The notes under the pieces are model-generated. The model had not been told where the DNA came from. It saw only the letters and a list, made by a program, of their open reading frames with translations, and did not search any database. Both the position numbers and the translations under genes were made by a program. DNA of 60,985 nucleotides, taken from Deltaproteobacteria bacterium. GTDB taxonomy: Bacteria; UBA10199; SPLOWO2-01-44-7. Below, piece after piece: positions 8,471-19,830 of this stretch. Position 1 is the stretch's first letter. The number at the start of each line of letters is the position of its first letter. The stretch covers positions 1 to 60,985 of the forward strand of contig JAUSII010000116.1 in NCBI GenBank assembly GCA_030648035.1. The letters run 5' to 3'.

Positions 8471-8839
8471 CTACAATAAATCCGCCTTTAAGCGGGTGGC
8501 CACAGCACTTGTGATGCGGTAGCCGACAGAAATAATCATGTCGAGGTTGTAGTATTCGATACTGCGCTGGACATTGCGATTGCCTTCCTGTCGAACTGTT
8601 AAGAAATCCTTAATAGTTGCCTCAGGCATAAGCTCTGATTCTTCAAAAATATTCTTGATGTGCATGCTGATATTGGGGACTGTTGTCTGGAACAATTCGG
8701 CGATTTGCTGTTGGGGGAGCCAAACTGTTTCATTGTCGAGCCGCACATCGATTTTGATCTCTCCATCCTCGGTGGAATAGACAAGGAATTGGCCCTTGCC
8801 GCTGGTGGTTGTTAAGCTGTTTGTTTTCTTTTGGTTCAT
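8471..8839 (-). pseudogene. RhuM-family gene, C-terminally truncated
   Basis: ETVWLPQQQIAELFQ...YYNLDMIISVGYRITS matches the N-terminal third of the full paralogue at 39514-40554, then stops abruptly. Confidence 0.8.
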
Positions 8840-8871
8840 GGTTGTTCAACTTTCATTTTAATCTCCACGGC

Positions 8872-9669
8872 TCATATGCCCAAAGCATCATCGAGTTTGT
8901 GCATTAAAAGACTGGCAAGAACGATAAAATGTTTCGCTCGTTTATCATCGATACTTATATTGGAATGCGCCTTTGGATTTCTTATTCCGGTCATTGAGCC
9001 AGAAAAAATTTGCATAAATCCCACTTGGATATTTTTTCCGTTTTCAGTGGAGAGATCATCAAGACTAATCACGGGATTATTAACCGAAAAAGCACGATTC
9101 ATCAGAGTACTGCCATCAAGGTCATCACCAATTCTCTTTTTTACAATTTTTTTCACACAATCATTGATCTCCTTAAAAGCAGCCTCTACCGAATCAGCAT
9201 AATGTCCGCTTTCAAAGCGAGAGCGGGAAATTCCAATAATGCGTGGATGTACAAGATTCCAAAAATCATATGATTGAATAAGTTGGGATGCATTTGGAAG
9301 ATCCAGCTTCTTCTCTTCCAATCGCTGAATCAAACCTTCCAACATGCTTACCGTTTTGGGAATGCCTGCTGAAAAATTATGCTGATATTCATGATCAGAC
9401 ATTCCGACCGCATGTCCACCAGACCAAATATTGTGATATCGGTGTTCATGAAATTCTGGTGAGTTTTGTCCGAAAACTTCCCTGATTGTTTCTCTGACAT
9501 TCGATTTAACGTTATTTATTTTCTGGTCATCAAAACGAATTTGTTGGGAATTGAGTTCTTGCACTTCTTCAATTCGGCGTTTCAGCTTGGCAATACCGGT
9601 TTCAATTTCACCTACACTTAAAAATGTTTTTGGCTCAATCACTGGTTCCACAATTTTATGTCTTGCCAT
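8872..9669 (-). CDS. TIGR02391-family protein (RM-associated)
   Basis: LVHPRI...RFESGHYADSVEAAFK...DGSTLMNRAFS...GIRNPKAH. Confidence 0.8.
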   Translation of the reverse strand: MARHKIVEPVIEPKTFLSVGEIETGIAKLKRRIEEVQELNSQQIRFDDQKINNVKSNVRETIREVFGQNSPEFHEHRYHNIWSGGHAVGMSDHEYQHNFSAGIPKTVSMLEGLIQRLEEKKLDLPNASQLIQSYDFWNLVHPRIIGISRSRFESGHYADSVEAAFKEINDCVKKIVKKRIGDDLDGSTLMNRAFSVNNPVISLDDLSTENGKNIQVGFMQIFSGSMTGIRNPKAHSNISIDDKRAKHFIVLASLLMHKLDDALGI

Positions 9670-9678
9670 AGTGTTTCC

Positions 9679-10395
9679 TCATTCCTTCCACGCCTCTGCC
9701 CCAAGAGGCAGCTCGTTAAGTTCTGCACGGGCTTCGCGCCATGTTGGATAGTGATGAGCCAGTAGTTCCAAGAATCGCTCACTATGCGTGGGCTCAATAA
9801 GATGTAGCATTTCGTGAACAATAACATATTCAACAAGGTCCTTTGGCTTCTTCACTAACTCTGTGTTGAGTCGAATGTGTCTCATCTTTGGGTTGCAGCC
9901 ACCCCATTTGGTTTTCATGCGTTGCAAAAAGTACGTTTTGACTTTCACTCCGAGCTTTGGCTCCCATTTGGCGATCACAGATGGAACAAACTCATGAAGC
10001 AATTTTTTGTGCCATTCGTGCATGATCTGTGATTTTTTCACCTGATGGCTGGCAGGTCGTACACAAAGCGTGATCCGCTTGTGATCGATAATTACAGATG
10101 GTTTGGCATTTTTCTCAACCACGTTCAGCAAATGTCTGCGGCCCCACAAAAAGTGGCTTTCTCTTTCAATAAACTTCCTCGGGGATTCTCTTTCCTGACC
10201 AAGAAGTATCTCTTGTTGCCGCCGAATCCATTCAAGTTTGGAAATCGCATAGGCCCGTGCCACTTCAGTCCGGATGTTGTTGGGTACTGCGAGCGTGACT
10301 CGGCCATCAGGCGGATGGACCGACAAGTGAACATTCTTGATGGCCTTGCGGGTTACCTGAATGGCAATATCTCCAAGTTCGATGGTTTCAATCAT
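9679..10395 (-). CDS. M48/YgjP-family metallopeptidase commonly following hsdR
   Basis: [20 protein letters not shown] (HExxH), HSERF. Confidence 0.9.
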   Translation of the reverse strand: MIETIELGDIAIQVTRKAIKNVHLSVHPPDGRVTLAVPNNIRTEVARAYAISKLEWIRRQQEILLGQERESPRKFIERESHFLWGRRHLLNVVEKNAKPSVIIDHKRITLCVRPASHQVKKSQIMHEWHKKLLHEFVPSVIAKWEPKLGVKVKTYFLQRMKTKWGGCNPKMRHIRLNTELVKKPKDLVEYVIVHEMLHLIEPTHSERFLELLAHHYPTWREARAELNELPLGAEAWKE

Positions 10396-13300
10396 GTGTA
10401 CCTCGGCTGATTCTTGATAATTTCAAAAATGGCCCGCGTTGCCTTGCGATCCCTGTTCAAAAGTGGAAACAAGGCATTCAAAACCTGCTTTTCTCGAGTG
10501 TCGTCTCCCTTCCAGCCTGCCGGTGCCTTTTCTCTCATGGCAAGGTCGATCTGAAGTGCCAATGCAGACCGCTCATCATTGTCAGCAGGACATTGGAATG
10601 TATCGGTCTCAATATGTTGGAGATTGTTATACAGCACGATGGCGCTTGGATGCCCGTTGAGCCCAGACGGATGATCTGCTTTGTTATCCTTTTTTGCCAT
10701 GCGATGAACAAGCGCCTCTGCCTTCTTAAGCCATTCTTCATACGCCTCGGTGCTGTCCCTTTTTTGATCAATGAGATCGCCTAGCAACTTGGATATTTCT
10801 TCGTAAAATCTTGGGTCGGTAAGCTGATCCCGGATGATTGTCTTGCGGACGTTGTTGATAATTCCTTCAGCAATGGCGTTTTTTGAAAGTTTTCCTTTTT
10901 CGTTGAGTTTTCTTGCAATGGCATCGTGAATGCCGGTCTCAATAATCATTTCAACAAGTGTGTAATTATCCAGGGTGCCCAAGGGATCCACAGGGTCAGC
11001 CTGAATGTAAGAATTGAGGAGATGACGCATGTCTGCTTCGTAGGGCTTGATATCAAGCTCTTCGCCGGAATGTCGTTTGATGGCCGCTCGTATGTCGCTA
11101 AAGAAAATTACTTCATTGTTGAGAGTTGCAATTTCAGCAGAGGAGTAGCCCGCTTCTGACAAATCCTGGGAAATCTCCGCAAATGCGCGCACAAAACCGG
11201 CCACCGTTTTGTAAAAAGCAATCCTCAATGCTTCCGTGTTGTTTAATGCATTCGGATCATTAGCTTCTCCACAAAAATAATGCAGGTACTGCTCGACTTC
11301 ACGTGGATGCGGAACAGGGTCACAAAGATATTTCAGGCTCTCGCGGGCAACATCTAGTTTTTTTCGGCCTTCTTCGAGCCAGTTCTTGATTTTGACATTA
11401 TTGTCGCCTTTGCCATCTTCGTCGATATCCAGCTCGTCGGAGTTGTAAATCGCGATGACTTCCTGCACGTCACCTAATAATTCTTTATAGTCCACAATGT
11501 AACCGTAATCTTTATCCTCACCATCCAGCCGATTTGTCCGACAGATGGCCTGAAACAGGTTGTGATCATGCAGTTCATTATCGAGGTAAATATAGGTACA
11601 GGATGGCGCATCAAAACCAGTCAGGAGCTTACTGACAACCACCAATAATTTGCAATTTGCAGGTTCTTCGATAAATCGTCGTTTGATTTCATCTTCGTAT
11701 TGTTTCGTTGTCTGGTTATTTTCCAGCACAAATTGGGTGTAGGTATCAAACTTGTATCGCTCGTCACTATTGGCAGGCTCACGGGAAATCGCATTGTGAT
11801 TGGGTTCATACGACGTGACAATGCCGCAGTATTGGCCAAATGCCGTATTTTTGAACAGGCGGTAATAGTGACACGCATCGTAGATTGATGCCGCCACAAG
11901 GATGGCTGTGCCACGGTCATTGTTGAGACGCGGCTTTAGGGTGAAGTCTTCAATGATGTTGGCCACAATGCGTTGTTTGCGTTCTCCGGCACTCATTAGC
12001 TTTTCCAGAGTCGCCCATGTCTTGCGCACAATGGCTTTCTGAAAATTATTCAGATTTTTTGTTTTCTGTTCAAACCACGCATCAATGGCCGCCTGAGAAG
12101 TCAGGCGTTGCGGCACATTGCGGGCTTCGTATTTTAGGTCTAATATCACCTTGTCCGCAACCGCTTCATGGAATTTGTAGGTGTGTATGTAGGTACCAAA
12201 AATATTCCGTGTGGTCTGTCTGTCCTTGAGCAAGAGCGGTGTACCGGTGAAACCTATGAAAATGGAATTCTCTAGCCAGCGTTTCATTTGTTTGTTCATG
12301 TCACCACCCTGGGTACGATGACATTCATCAACGAAGACATAGAAGCGTCCGAAAAGAGAGGGTGGTGGGCCTTGCAAATCTGCCGGATCGAATTTGTGAA
12401 CAAGGGCACACAGCAAGCGGGGCATGGTGGCGCCAATTTTGGAAACAAATTCAGCCCGTGTCGTGATGCGCGGTGACGGCGAATTGGTGCCAATCACACC
12501 GGCATTCTTCATCACGCCCTCGATTTGTTTGTCGAGTTCGTCGCGATCAGTGACCACGAGCACGCGCGCCTCGGGATCAAACTCCATCAACCATTTGGCG
12601 ATGAGCACCATCAAAATGCTCTTGCCGCTTCCTTGGGTGTGCCAGATCACGCCACCTTCTTTAAGACGAATTCTTTCTTGAGCGGCCTTGAAACCAAAAT
12701 ATTGATGGGGGCGGGGCACTTTCTTTTGGCCCCCATCATAAATAATGCAGTTCCTGAGAAGATCGAGCAGACGTTCTTTGTTACACATCTGAGCAATGGG
12801 TTTATCTAAATACTCACCTCTCCCAATGGCATTCTTGCCAAGAGTACCGGTCTCATCTTTCCATTCCACAAAAAATTGTTCCGGCGTGCCCGTGGTGCCA
12901 TAGCGCAGACCTTGGGAGTCACTGCCAGCAAAAACAAATTGCACTGTTGAGAAAAAACCCTTGTTGAAGATTTCTTCCTGATTGGTGATGAGCTGACGAA
13001 CACCATCGCCAATTTCTACGGAGCTACGTTTGAGTTCGATCACACCGATAGCAATGCCATTGAGATACAGTACCAAATCGGGCCTGCGCTCATACCCACC
13101 CTTGAGCGTCACTTCTTCGGCCACACCAAAATCGTTTTTGTCTGGATTGTCCCAATCAATCAAATGAACGGTTTCGTGGGCTTGACCTGCAGCAATTTGC
13201 ACCGGCACGCCATAGCGCAATAATTGATAAGTGCGAAGATTGGCCTGATAAAGCTCAACGCCCGTACTGTCGGCAGCGGTTTCCAGCTTTTGCAGGGCTA

Positions 13301-13496
13301 CCGAAATATGGGTATCGGAATATTCGCGTTTTTTCAGGTTAGCTTTAAGGAGTTCTGTTTCGATATTCCGGTTTTTTTCACGCTTCTGCCAATCGCCAAG
13401 GTAGTCATAGCCGAGATAATCCGGATGAGTTTTATCCGTAAACAGTGAGATAACACGATTTTGAGTCAAACGCTCTGAGCGTGGTTTAGTGGACAT
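10392..13496 (-). CDS. hsdR: Type I restriction endonuclease subunit R
   Basis: [15 protein letters not shown] nuclease, [35 protein letters not shown]. Confidence 0.97.
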   Translation of the reverse strand: MSTKPRSERLTQNRVISLFTDKTHPDYLGYDYLGDWQKREKNRNIETELLKANLKKREYSDTHISVALQKLETAADSTGVELYQANLRTYQLLRYGVPVQIAAGQAHETVHLIDWDNPDKNDFGVAEEVTLKGGYERRPDLVLYLNGIAIGVIELKRSSVEIGDGVRQLITNQEEIFNKGFFSTVQFVFAGSDSQGLRYGTTGTPEQFFVEWKDETGTLGKNAIGRGEYLDKPIAQMCNKERLLDLLRNCIIYDGGQKKVPRPHQYFGFKAAQERIRLKEGGVIWHTQGSGKSILMVLIAKWLMEFDPEARVLVVTDRDELDKQIEGVMKNAGVIGTNSPSPRITTRAEFVSKIGATMPRLLCALVHKFDPADLQGPPPSLFGRFYVFVDECHRTQGGDMNKQMKRWLENSIFIGFTGTPLLLKDRQTTRNIFGTYIHTYKFHEAVADKVILDLKYEARNVPQRLTSQAAIDAWFEQKTKNLNNFQKAIVRKTWATLEKLMSAGERKQRIVANIIEDFTLKPRLNNDRGTAILVAASIYDACHYYRLFKNTAFGQYCGIVTSYEPNHNAISREPANSDERYKFDTYTQFVLENNQTTKQYEDEIKRRFIEEPANCKLLVVVSKLLTGFDAPSCTYIYLDNELHDHNLFQAICRTNRLDGEDKDYGYIVDYKELLGDVQEVIAIYNSDELDIDEDGKGDNNVKIKNWLEEGRKKLDVARESLKYLCDPVPHPREVEQYLHYFCGEANDPNALNNTEALRIAFYKTVAGFVRAFAEISQDLSEAGYSSAEIATLNNEVIFFSDIRAAIKRHSGEELDIKPYEADMRHLLNSYIQADPVDPLGTLDNYTLVEMIIETGIHDAIARKLNEKGKLSKNAIAEGIINNVRKTIIRDQLTDPRFYEEISKLLGDLIDQKRDSTEAYEEWLKKAEALVHRMAKKDNKADHPSGLNGHPSAIVLYNNLQHIETDTFQCPADNDERSALALQIDLAMREKAPAGWKGDDTREKQVLNALFPLLNRDRKATRAIFEIIKNQPRYT

Positions 13497-14775
13497 GATT
13501 AACCTCCGGCGTGACAAGGCGTGTTTTACCCGTGAGCAGTTCCTGCATCATGGCCTGCTTGAGGGCGCGGGTCTTCTCCCGCCGCTGTTCCAACACTACC
13601 AGCTCCGCGTCCATCTCCGTCAGCACCTCGGCGATGGCGGTTTGTTCGGGGAGTGCGGGCAATCGAAGCGGTGACTTGAGAAGCGCAACCTTGGACAAGT
13701 TGTAGCGGGTCGAGCCTTGAGCGAGTGACTTCATCAACTCGCGGCCTTCTTTACTCCTGAGGTAGTAAGCCAAGAACAATTCATCGGCCTCAGTGCCATC
13801 GTGAAACCGAAAGCCAAAGCAAAAGCTGTTCAAGTAAACGTCTCGAACTTCATCAAGCAGCACCGAACACATGGCGACTTCTTCGGGGGTCTCTGATGAG
13901 CCATTGAAGAACAGGTCGCCCTTTTTTGCGCGATTCTGAGACTCCGTCGGCGAGAGCTGCACATGCTCGAACGTTCCGCAATCAATCACGACGTTCGACA
14001 TGACGTTCATGAAAGTGATGTAACGCGCAGAACCTTCGCCAAAGTCGGCTTTGGTTTTGCCGGTCAACCCGCCATAAGTTGACCCCACATCCCCCAGCCG
14101 CTTCACCTCCCACTCGCCGTGGAAGCCGGGGAGGCGGGTTTGGCCCGTGAGGAGTTGCTGCATGGCGGCCTGTTTGAGGTCGCGCTTCTTGGTGATGAGC
14201 TTGTCGAGGCTTTCGAGAAGGACATCGACATCAGAGAGGGCGGTGGCGATGGCGTGTTGTTCGGGAAGGGATGGAACGATAATCTGAAATTTTAATAAGT
14301 CTCGCGTGTAAATAGCAGCAACACTTGTAGTTCCAGTCGCGAGACCACGTAGGCGAGAAATCGCACCCTCTGTATTCATCGAGTAGTTTGCATATTCATT
14401 TGAGCAAACTTTCTTTTGATCGAACTCTAACCGCATGAGGTTGGAGTTGTAGTAAGCGCGTGGAAGCTCAGCTCGCCAAATGGCAACTTTACCGACCAAG
14501 TCCAATGTGTTTCGCGTATTAAACAAAACATCGCCATAAACGAGCCGGTGTGTTGGTTCTGGCATCACACCTGGGGTGATGAACTGCACTTTCGACAGGT
14601 CGAAATTTCCACGAGCAAGATTTCCCATCTTCATTAGTGGCAGTTCACCCTCCACGTCTTGATTCGCGTAATTTCCTCCAAGTCGTCCTTTTAACAGGAC
14701 CGTACCGAGTGGTTTTAGATCCCAATCCTCCGGAATAACACCCACCTCGGTATGCTTATAACCGGGCTTCACCAT
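13486..14775 (-). CDS. hsdS: Type I RM specificity subunit S
   Basis: EVGVIPEDW, two TRDs with repeated EQ.AIA..L...LKQA.MQ.LLTG.TRL helices. Confidence 0.96.
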   Translation of the reverse strand: MVKPGYKHTEVGVIPEDWDLKPLGTVLLKGRLGGNYANQDVEGELPLMKMGNLARGNFDLSKVQFITPGVMPEPTHRLVYGDVLFNTRNTLDLVGKVAIWRAELPRAYYNSNLMRLEFDQKKVCSNEYANYSMNTEGAISRLRGLATGTTSVAAIYTRDLLKFQIIVPSLPEQHAIATALSDVDVLLESLDKLITKKRDLKQAAMQQLLTGQTRLPGFHGEWEVKRLGDVGSTYGGLTGKTKADFGEGSARYITFMNVMSNVVIDCGTFEHVQLSPTESQNRAKKGDLFFNGSSETPEEVAMCSVLLDEVRDVYLNSFCFGFRFHDGTEADELFLAYYLRSKEGRELMKSLAQGSTRYNLSKVALLKSPLRLPALPEQTAIAEVLTEMDAELVVLEQRREKTRALKQAMMQELLTGKTRLVTPEVNHVH

Positions 14776-17264
14776 ACCGCTCCCATTCTCTTCAAATGCC
14801 CCTCAACAAGGGTGGAGAATTCGGCGACTGATTCTTCCAGTTTGGGCAGAGGTGTTTCATAGCGTTCCGCGAGCTGGCGAATTCTTCCGGTGAGCGTTTG
14901 TGAAACACGATCGAGTTCGCCTTGTACAGCAGTAGCAATTGTGGCCAACCATTTGTCATCCACGACAAGTGTTTTGATTTCGCTCTCGGTGAGTTTTGGG
15001 TATTTCTCGGCAATTTTATTTTCTAAATCTTCCTGTGCCGCTTTAAGACTGGTTTTAATGGTGGCTTGCCGCTCCAAAATCACAGCATAGTCTTGAAGTG
15101 CCTGCCGCTCATCATCGTAATCAGGATCTTTACCGATTTCCTTGAGTCGAGCCTTCACTCCCTTGACGGTGATCTTTTGTTTGTCGCCTTCACCTTCAAT
15201 CACTTCCGCAAGCAGTCCATCCTCGCCACTTTGTTCCTCGCGCTTTTCGTCAAGCTCTTGTTCAATGGTGGCAAGTTCGGATTCAAAGCCTGATATGACA
15301 TCGCGCTCGCCGCTGAAGTAGCGGGCAATCAGAATTTCAGCAGGAACAAGATCCGATTTGAAACGGCGATTGCCGCGCTTGAAATCTTCTTTTTCTGGCC
15401 AGACAAGTTTATTATCTTTGTTTTTGATCTGACAAATTTCTCGAGGCGGGGCGCCTTGCTGCCAGCCAACTGCAGAAATCAGGTAAGCGTCGTCCTGCAT
15501 GGTTTCTGCCCAATAATCCATCATGTGTTGATAGATATCGTAGGCATCCAGCAGAGGTGCAGACTTGAAAGTGGCGAGGAGACTTTCGGCAATGTTTTCA
15601 ATAAGCGCCTTGGGATGACCGTTTTGATCAAAGCCATTCAATTGCAGCGCATTGGTTTTTTTCCAACCGGCAAAAAGCAAGGTGGCCGATTTGTGGAATG
15701 CAGTAAATTCGGGGTGACTAAAAATGGCAGGCTTCACTTCAGTGATGGGAAGCGGCAGCTGATAATAACCGGAGCGGAGTACCTTGAACAGTGCTATGCG
15801 CAAGCCGGGCATGATCTTCCAGTATTTAGCCAGCGCATCAATATCGTATTCAGGGATGCCGCCACGCAAGTGCCCGTCTATATCCTGCAAATCTTCAGGT
15901 TCTGTACTGTCGATGTAACGCGGGAGATTGAGGTTGTAGTCATTCTTTGGATTCGCAATCTCTTCAACAGGTACCATCCGAGCATAACGCGGATTACTTT
16001 CATCCTGCCGTCTAAATATGTCCACGATCTTGTGGATGTCCTGTTCACGCAGTCGATTTTTTGGACCATCCTTGCGAAACCCCTTTGAAGCATCAATCAT
16101 GAAAATACCTTTGCGTGCCGTGGCATTTTCTTTGTCGAGCACAAGAATGCAGGCAGGAATACCGGTTCCAAAAAAAAGATTGGCCGGCAAACCAATGATG
16201 CCCTTGAGAATGCCAGAGCGCACAAGTTGCTGGCGGATGCTGGCCTCGGCATTCCCTCTAAAAAGCACACCATGTGGAAGAATGCAGGCCGCTTTACCGG
16301 TGCTCTTCATGGAGCGAATGATGTGCAAGAGGTAAGCGTAATCGCCTTTTTTTTTGGGCGGCACTCCCCATGTAAAGCGCTGGTAGTCATCGCCTTTGCC
16401 GCTTTCACCAAGCGTGAGGCCTGTGGACCAAGTTTTGTCTGAAAAGGGTGGATTCGCGACAACATAATCATAGGTGCGGAGTTGCACGCCATCGAGAAAT
16501 TTGGGCTTCACCAATGTGCCTTCACCACCGGATTGAATGTTCGCGGTGGGAAAATCATGCAGGATCATGTTCATTCGGGCAAGACCAGCGGTCGTGCTGT
16601 CCTTCTCTTGCCCTTCAAGTGTAATTCGCTTTCCTGATTCAGCTGCGACTTTTAACAACAATGAACCAGAACCACAGGTCGGGTCGTAGGCGGTTGTACC
16701 CGCAACTGTGTTTGCGGGTGATACGCCCAGCACCTTGGCAATGATGCGACTGACTTCCGAAGGAGTATAAAACTGTCCCTTGCTTTTACCGCTCTGCGTG
16801 GCGAAGTGCCGCATCAAATATTCGTAAGCATCACCAAGAATGTCATCATTTTCAGCACGGTTTTGAGAGAAATCTAGTGCAGGGTTTTCAAAGATACTGA
16901 TAAGGTTTCCAATTCTTTCAACCTTTGCTGGACCATCACCAAGTTTGTTTGGGTCATCAAAATCCGGAAAATCACTGCGAGCAAGATTGGTATTGGAGTC
17001 AACCAGAGGCTTGATTACCTGAGTATTAATGAGCTCGCCGATATTCGATTTGCCTTTGAGTGCAGCCATGTCTTTGAAAGTCGCACCCTTTGGTATAACA
17101 ATCGGTGGCTCAAAGCCGTCATAGTCTGCATATTTGTCGGAAACATATTTGATGAACAACATGAACAAAACGTAATCTTTGTATTGGCTAGCATCCATGC
17201 CGCCCCGCAATTCATCACAGGATGCCCAAATGGAGGAGTAGAGATCTGATTTCTTAAGTGCCAT
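14769..17264 (-). CDS. hsdM: Type I RM methyltransferase subunit M (long form)
   Basis: GQFYTP, DPTCGSG, NPPF, PHGVLFRG. Confidence 0.97.
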   Translation of the reverse strand: MALKKSDLYSSIWASCDELRGGMDASQYKDYVLFMLFIKYVSDKYADYDGFEPPIVIPKGATFKDMAALKGKSNIGELINTQVIKPLVDSNTNLARSDFPDFDDPNKLGDGPAKVERIGNLISIFENPALDFSQNRAENDDILGDAYEYLMRHFATQSGKSKGQFYTPSEVSRIIAKVLGVSPANTVAGTTAYDPTCGSGSLLLKVAAESGKRITLEGQEKDSTTAGLARMNMILHDFPTANIQSGGEGTLVKPKFLDGVQLRTYDYVVANPPFSDKTWSTGLTLGESGKGDDYQRFTWGVPPKKKGDYAYLLHIIRSMKSTGKAACILPHGVLFRGNAEASIRQQLVRSGILKGIIGLPANLFFGTGIPACILVLDKENATARKGIFMIDASKGFRKDGPKNRLREQDIHKIVDIFRRQDESNPRYARMVPVEEIANPKNDYNLNLPRYIDSTEPEDLQDIDGHLRGGIPEYDIDALAKYWKIMPGLRIALFKVLRSGYYQLPLPITEVKPAIFSHPEFTAFHKSATLLFAGWKKTNALQLNGFDQNGHPKALIENIAESLLATFKSAPLLDAYDIYQHMMDYWAETMQDDAYLISAVGWQQGAPPREICQIKNKDNKLVWPEKEDFKRGNRRFKSDLVPAEILIARYFSGERDVISGFESELATIEQELDEKREEQSGEDGLLAEVIEGEGDKQKITVKGVKARLKEIGKDPDYDDERQALQDYAVILERQATIKTSLKAAQEDLENKIAEKYPKLTESEIKTLVVDDKWLATIATAVQGELDRVSQTLTGRIRQLAERYETPLPKLEESVAEFSTLVEGHLKRMGAVW

Positions 17265-17412
17265 GAGTTAATAGCCTTTCTTTTTTCCAACTGTAGCTTT
17301 CTTTTTTTTGTTGCGACTCACTGTCAGACCGCACCCAATCATCCACCTCGGACAATTTAAAACGCAGCAGGCGACCTGCTTTGTGTGCTGGGAAATTTTT
17401 GGTTTCGATCCA
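17254..17412 (-). pseudogene. 5'-truncated excisionase-like HTH gene
   Basis: WIETKNFPAHKAGRLLRFKLSEVDDWVR is the C-terminal half of HTH_17-type proteins; the N-terminal half is missing. Confidence 0.7.
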
Positions 17413-17433
17413 AATTGACGCCATCCATTCCAC

Positions 17434-17525
<92 letters not shown>

Positions 17526-17570
17526 AAAAATCCAAAATCTCTCTTAGAATGGACTTCTCGGCAAAGCAAT

Positions 17571-17602
17571 AAACAAAAAGCCCCTCCCAATATGGGAAGG
17601 GC
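17571..17602 (-). terminator. Intrinsic terminator after the ice-binding gene
   Basis: GCCCTTCCCA-TAT-TGGGAGGGGC followed by TTTTTGTTT. Confidence 0.7.
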
Positions 17603-17627
17603 CAATCTTTTAAGATAAATGCACGTC

Positions 17628-18380
17628 TTACGGTCTTGTAACCGTACTATGATCCAGAGTGACTGCAGTCTGTGCCAGCGCTCTGCCGTGGATCACGGCG
17701 CCGGTGTTCAAAACAATCGCTGTCTTGGACAATATGGTTCCCTTGAAATCAGCTGTTGTTCCAAGAGTGGCCTGACCGGCGACCTGCCAGAAAACGTTCT
17801 TGGCCTGTGCTCCGCCTCTCAAATGCACCTTTCTGGCGCTGGCCTGGGTAAGGTTTCCCGCGATCTGAAAAATCCAGACATCGTTTGCGCTACCCGAAAG
17901 TGTGACATCGGTGGACATTAAAACATTGCTACTCCACTTGTAGAGACCCGGGAAGAGGGTCAGTCCGCCAATCTGTCCGGCACCCAGTTCCGTAAAATCG
18001 GGTAATGTCCGACCGGCCGCATCGGCGTAGGCAATTTGCATGTCACTGATGGCCGCAGTTAGTAATGTGGCGTTATTCACCCTGCATGGAAGAGGACCTG
18101 CCGCATCGACGGAATATATTGTCCCTGTCACTTCATCACACGTTACAAGAGTAGCTGTGCCGCTGATGGGACTGGATCCAATGTCTCCAGTGATAACAGA
18201 CAAAGGAACGTCCGTGACTCCTGATTTTGTCAGAACCGCAAACGCACCCGCTGTTCTAAGGGCTACCGGTGCCGGGCCTGCCACTTTAACGATCGAGTAG
18301 CTCCAGGACTTGTTGATAAACAAATTATCTGCAGTCACCAGCCCGACGAGCATCAACACAACATAGGTGATCGGCTTCAT
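17628..18380 (-). CDS. Secreted ice-binding family protein (DUF3494)
   Basis: Signal peptide; FAVL.KSGVT, ITGDIGSSP, TL.PGLYKW, VWIFQIAG, GAQAKNVFWQVAG, GRALAQTAVTLD. Confidence 0.93.
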   Translation of the reverse strand: MKPITYVVLMLVGLVTADNLFINKSWSYSIVKVAGPAPVALRTAGAFAVLTKSGVTDVPLSVITGDIGSSPISGTATLVTCDEVTGTIYSVDAAGPLPCRVNNATLLTAAISDMQIAYADAAGRTLPDFTELGAGQIGGLTLFPGLYKWSSNVLMSTDVTLSGSANDVWIFQIAGNLTQASARKVHLRGGAQAKNVFWQVAGQATLGTTADFKGTILSKTAIVLNTGAVIHGRALAQTAVTLDHSTVTRP

Positions 18381-18517
18381 ATAAATCTCCTTCTTTGATG
18401 ATGGTTAGACTTCTTTCCTGCCCCTTTGATTCATGCGACAGAATTATAAGAGAAACAGAGGGAGGACAATCGGGGCAAACAGGATTATGGACTGGGGGAT
18501 TTCACTACGGCAAACGA

Positions 18518-19750
18518 CTAACGAACACGCCTGCCAGCGCGACCTGCGGGGCGAACCTTGATTTCAACGTAGGGCTCCACACCCGGCACCGTGCAACGGG
18601 GGAGCGGTTTATCCAGTGCTTTTTCAATCGATTGGATCATCGGCTTGTCCATCCAGGTGGCAATGGTCGACACAAGCCCCAGAGCTCCGGCGCGTGCGGT
18701 TCTTCCGGCGCGATGGATATATTCTTCCACCGCTTCGGGAATGTTGAAGTTCACAATATGCTGAATGCCCGGCACATCGATCCCGCGTGAGGCGATATCG
18801 GTCGCCACCAGAATGCGATGTTCCCCCTCACGGAAACCTTGCAGGGCATCGGTACGCTCTTTTTGCGACCGGTCGGAATGAATTTTGTCGACCGGGTGTC
18901 CCTCTTTTTCAAGCACCTGGCAAATCCAGTCGGCATCGCGTTTCATGCGTGTGAAGACCAGCGTTGTTCCCAATTCCTGATTAAGAAGGCCCAGCAGACA
19001 TTTATTTTTGTCTTTTTGTTCCACCAGATAAAGACGGTGGGTGATCCCCTCCGCCGCCTTTCCCTTGGGAAGAATGTCGATGCGAATCGGTTCCTGCAAA
19101 AATTGTCGTGCGAGTTTTTCAATCGCAAAAGGCATGGTGGCGGAGAACATCATCGTGTGTCTCTCCCGCGGCACCGCTTTGAGAATGCCCAGCATCTGCG
19201 GCAAAAACCCGAGATCGAGCATGTGATCGGCCTCATCCAAAACCAGTTCTTCGATATGGTCGAGCTTCACATTCCCCCGCTCCATATGATCGACCAGACG
19301 ACCCGGTGTGGCGACAATAATGTCGGGATTGTTTTGCAAATCGCGGATCTGGGGCCCCATGCTGACGCCGCCAATCACGCAAACCGTGTGAAGATTGTGA
19401 TGCTTGCCGAAAAGATCGAGAAACGCCTTTGTCTGCAGGGCGATTTCGCGGGTGGGGCAAAGAATGAGCCCCCGCAAACCCTTGCCATGCAAAAGTCTCT
19501 CGGCAATGGGCAGAACAAACGCGGCGGTTTTGCCGGAGCCGGTCTGCGCCAGACCGATGATGTCTTTCCCTTCCAGCGCCGGAGGAATCACCTCCAGCTG
19601 GATGGGTGTGGGGTGTTCAAAACCGACGCGGGTGATCGACTGAAGCACCGGCTCCGAGAGTTTGAGCGAGGCAAACGTCTGCTCGGTCGTCTCCACCGGA
19701 TGCTGTCCGAGCAAAACAATTTCTGGATCTTTTGGATCTTTTTCCAACAT
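18518..19750 (-). CDS. DEAD-box RNA helicase (RhlE-like)
   Basis: Q motif PTPIQ, AQTGSGKT, PTREIA, DEAD, SAT, HRAGRTAR. Confidence 0.96.
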   Translation of the reverse strand: MLEKDPKDPEIVLLGQHPVETTEQTFASLKLSEPVLQSITRVGFEHPTPIQLEVIPPALEGKDIIGLAQTGSGKTAAFVLPIAERLLHGKGLRGLILCPTREIALQTKAFLDLFGKHHNLHTVCVIGGVSMGPQIRDLQNNPDIIVATPGRLVDHMERGNVKLDHIEELVLDEADHMLDLGFLPQMLGILKAVPRERHTMMFSATMPFAIEKLARQFLQEPIRIDILPKGKAAEGITHRLYLVEQKDKNKCLLGLLNQELGTTLVFTRMKRDADWICQVLEKEGHPVDKIHSDRSQKERTDALQGFREGEHRILVATDIASRGIDVPGIQHIVNFNIPEAVEEYIHRAGRTARAGALGLVSTIATWMDKPMIQSIEKALDKPLPRCTVPGVEPYVEIKVRPAGRAGRRVR

Positions 19751-19830
19751 GGCGGGTCTTTTAGCCGAACCGATCCGGATCCACAAGACGAATTTGCATT
19801 ATAAGTGAATCGCATTTATGATGCGCTCCG

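Noticed and set aside
8430-8520. Left att core for island 1
   Set aside because: No TGGCGG or tRNA-end copy on the expected strand, so the boundary is given only approximately.
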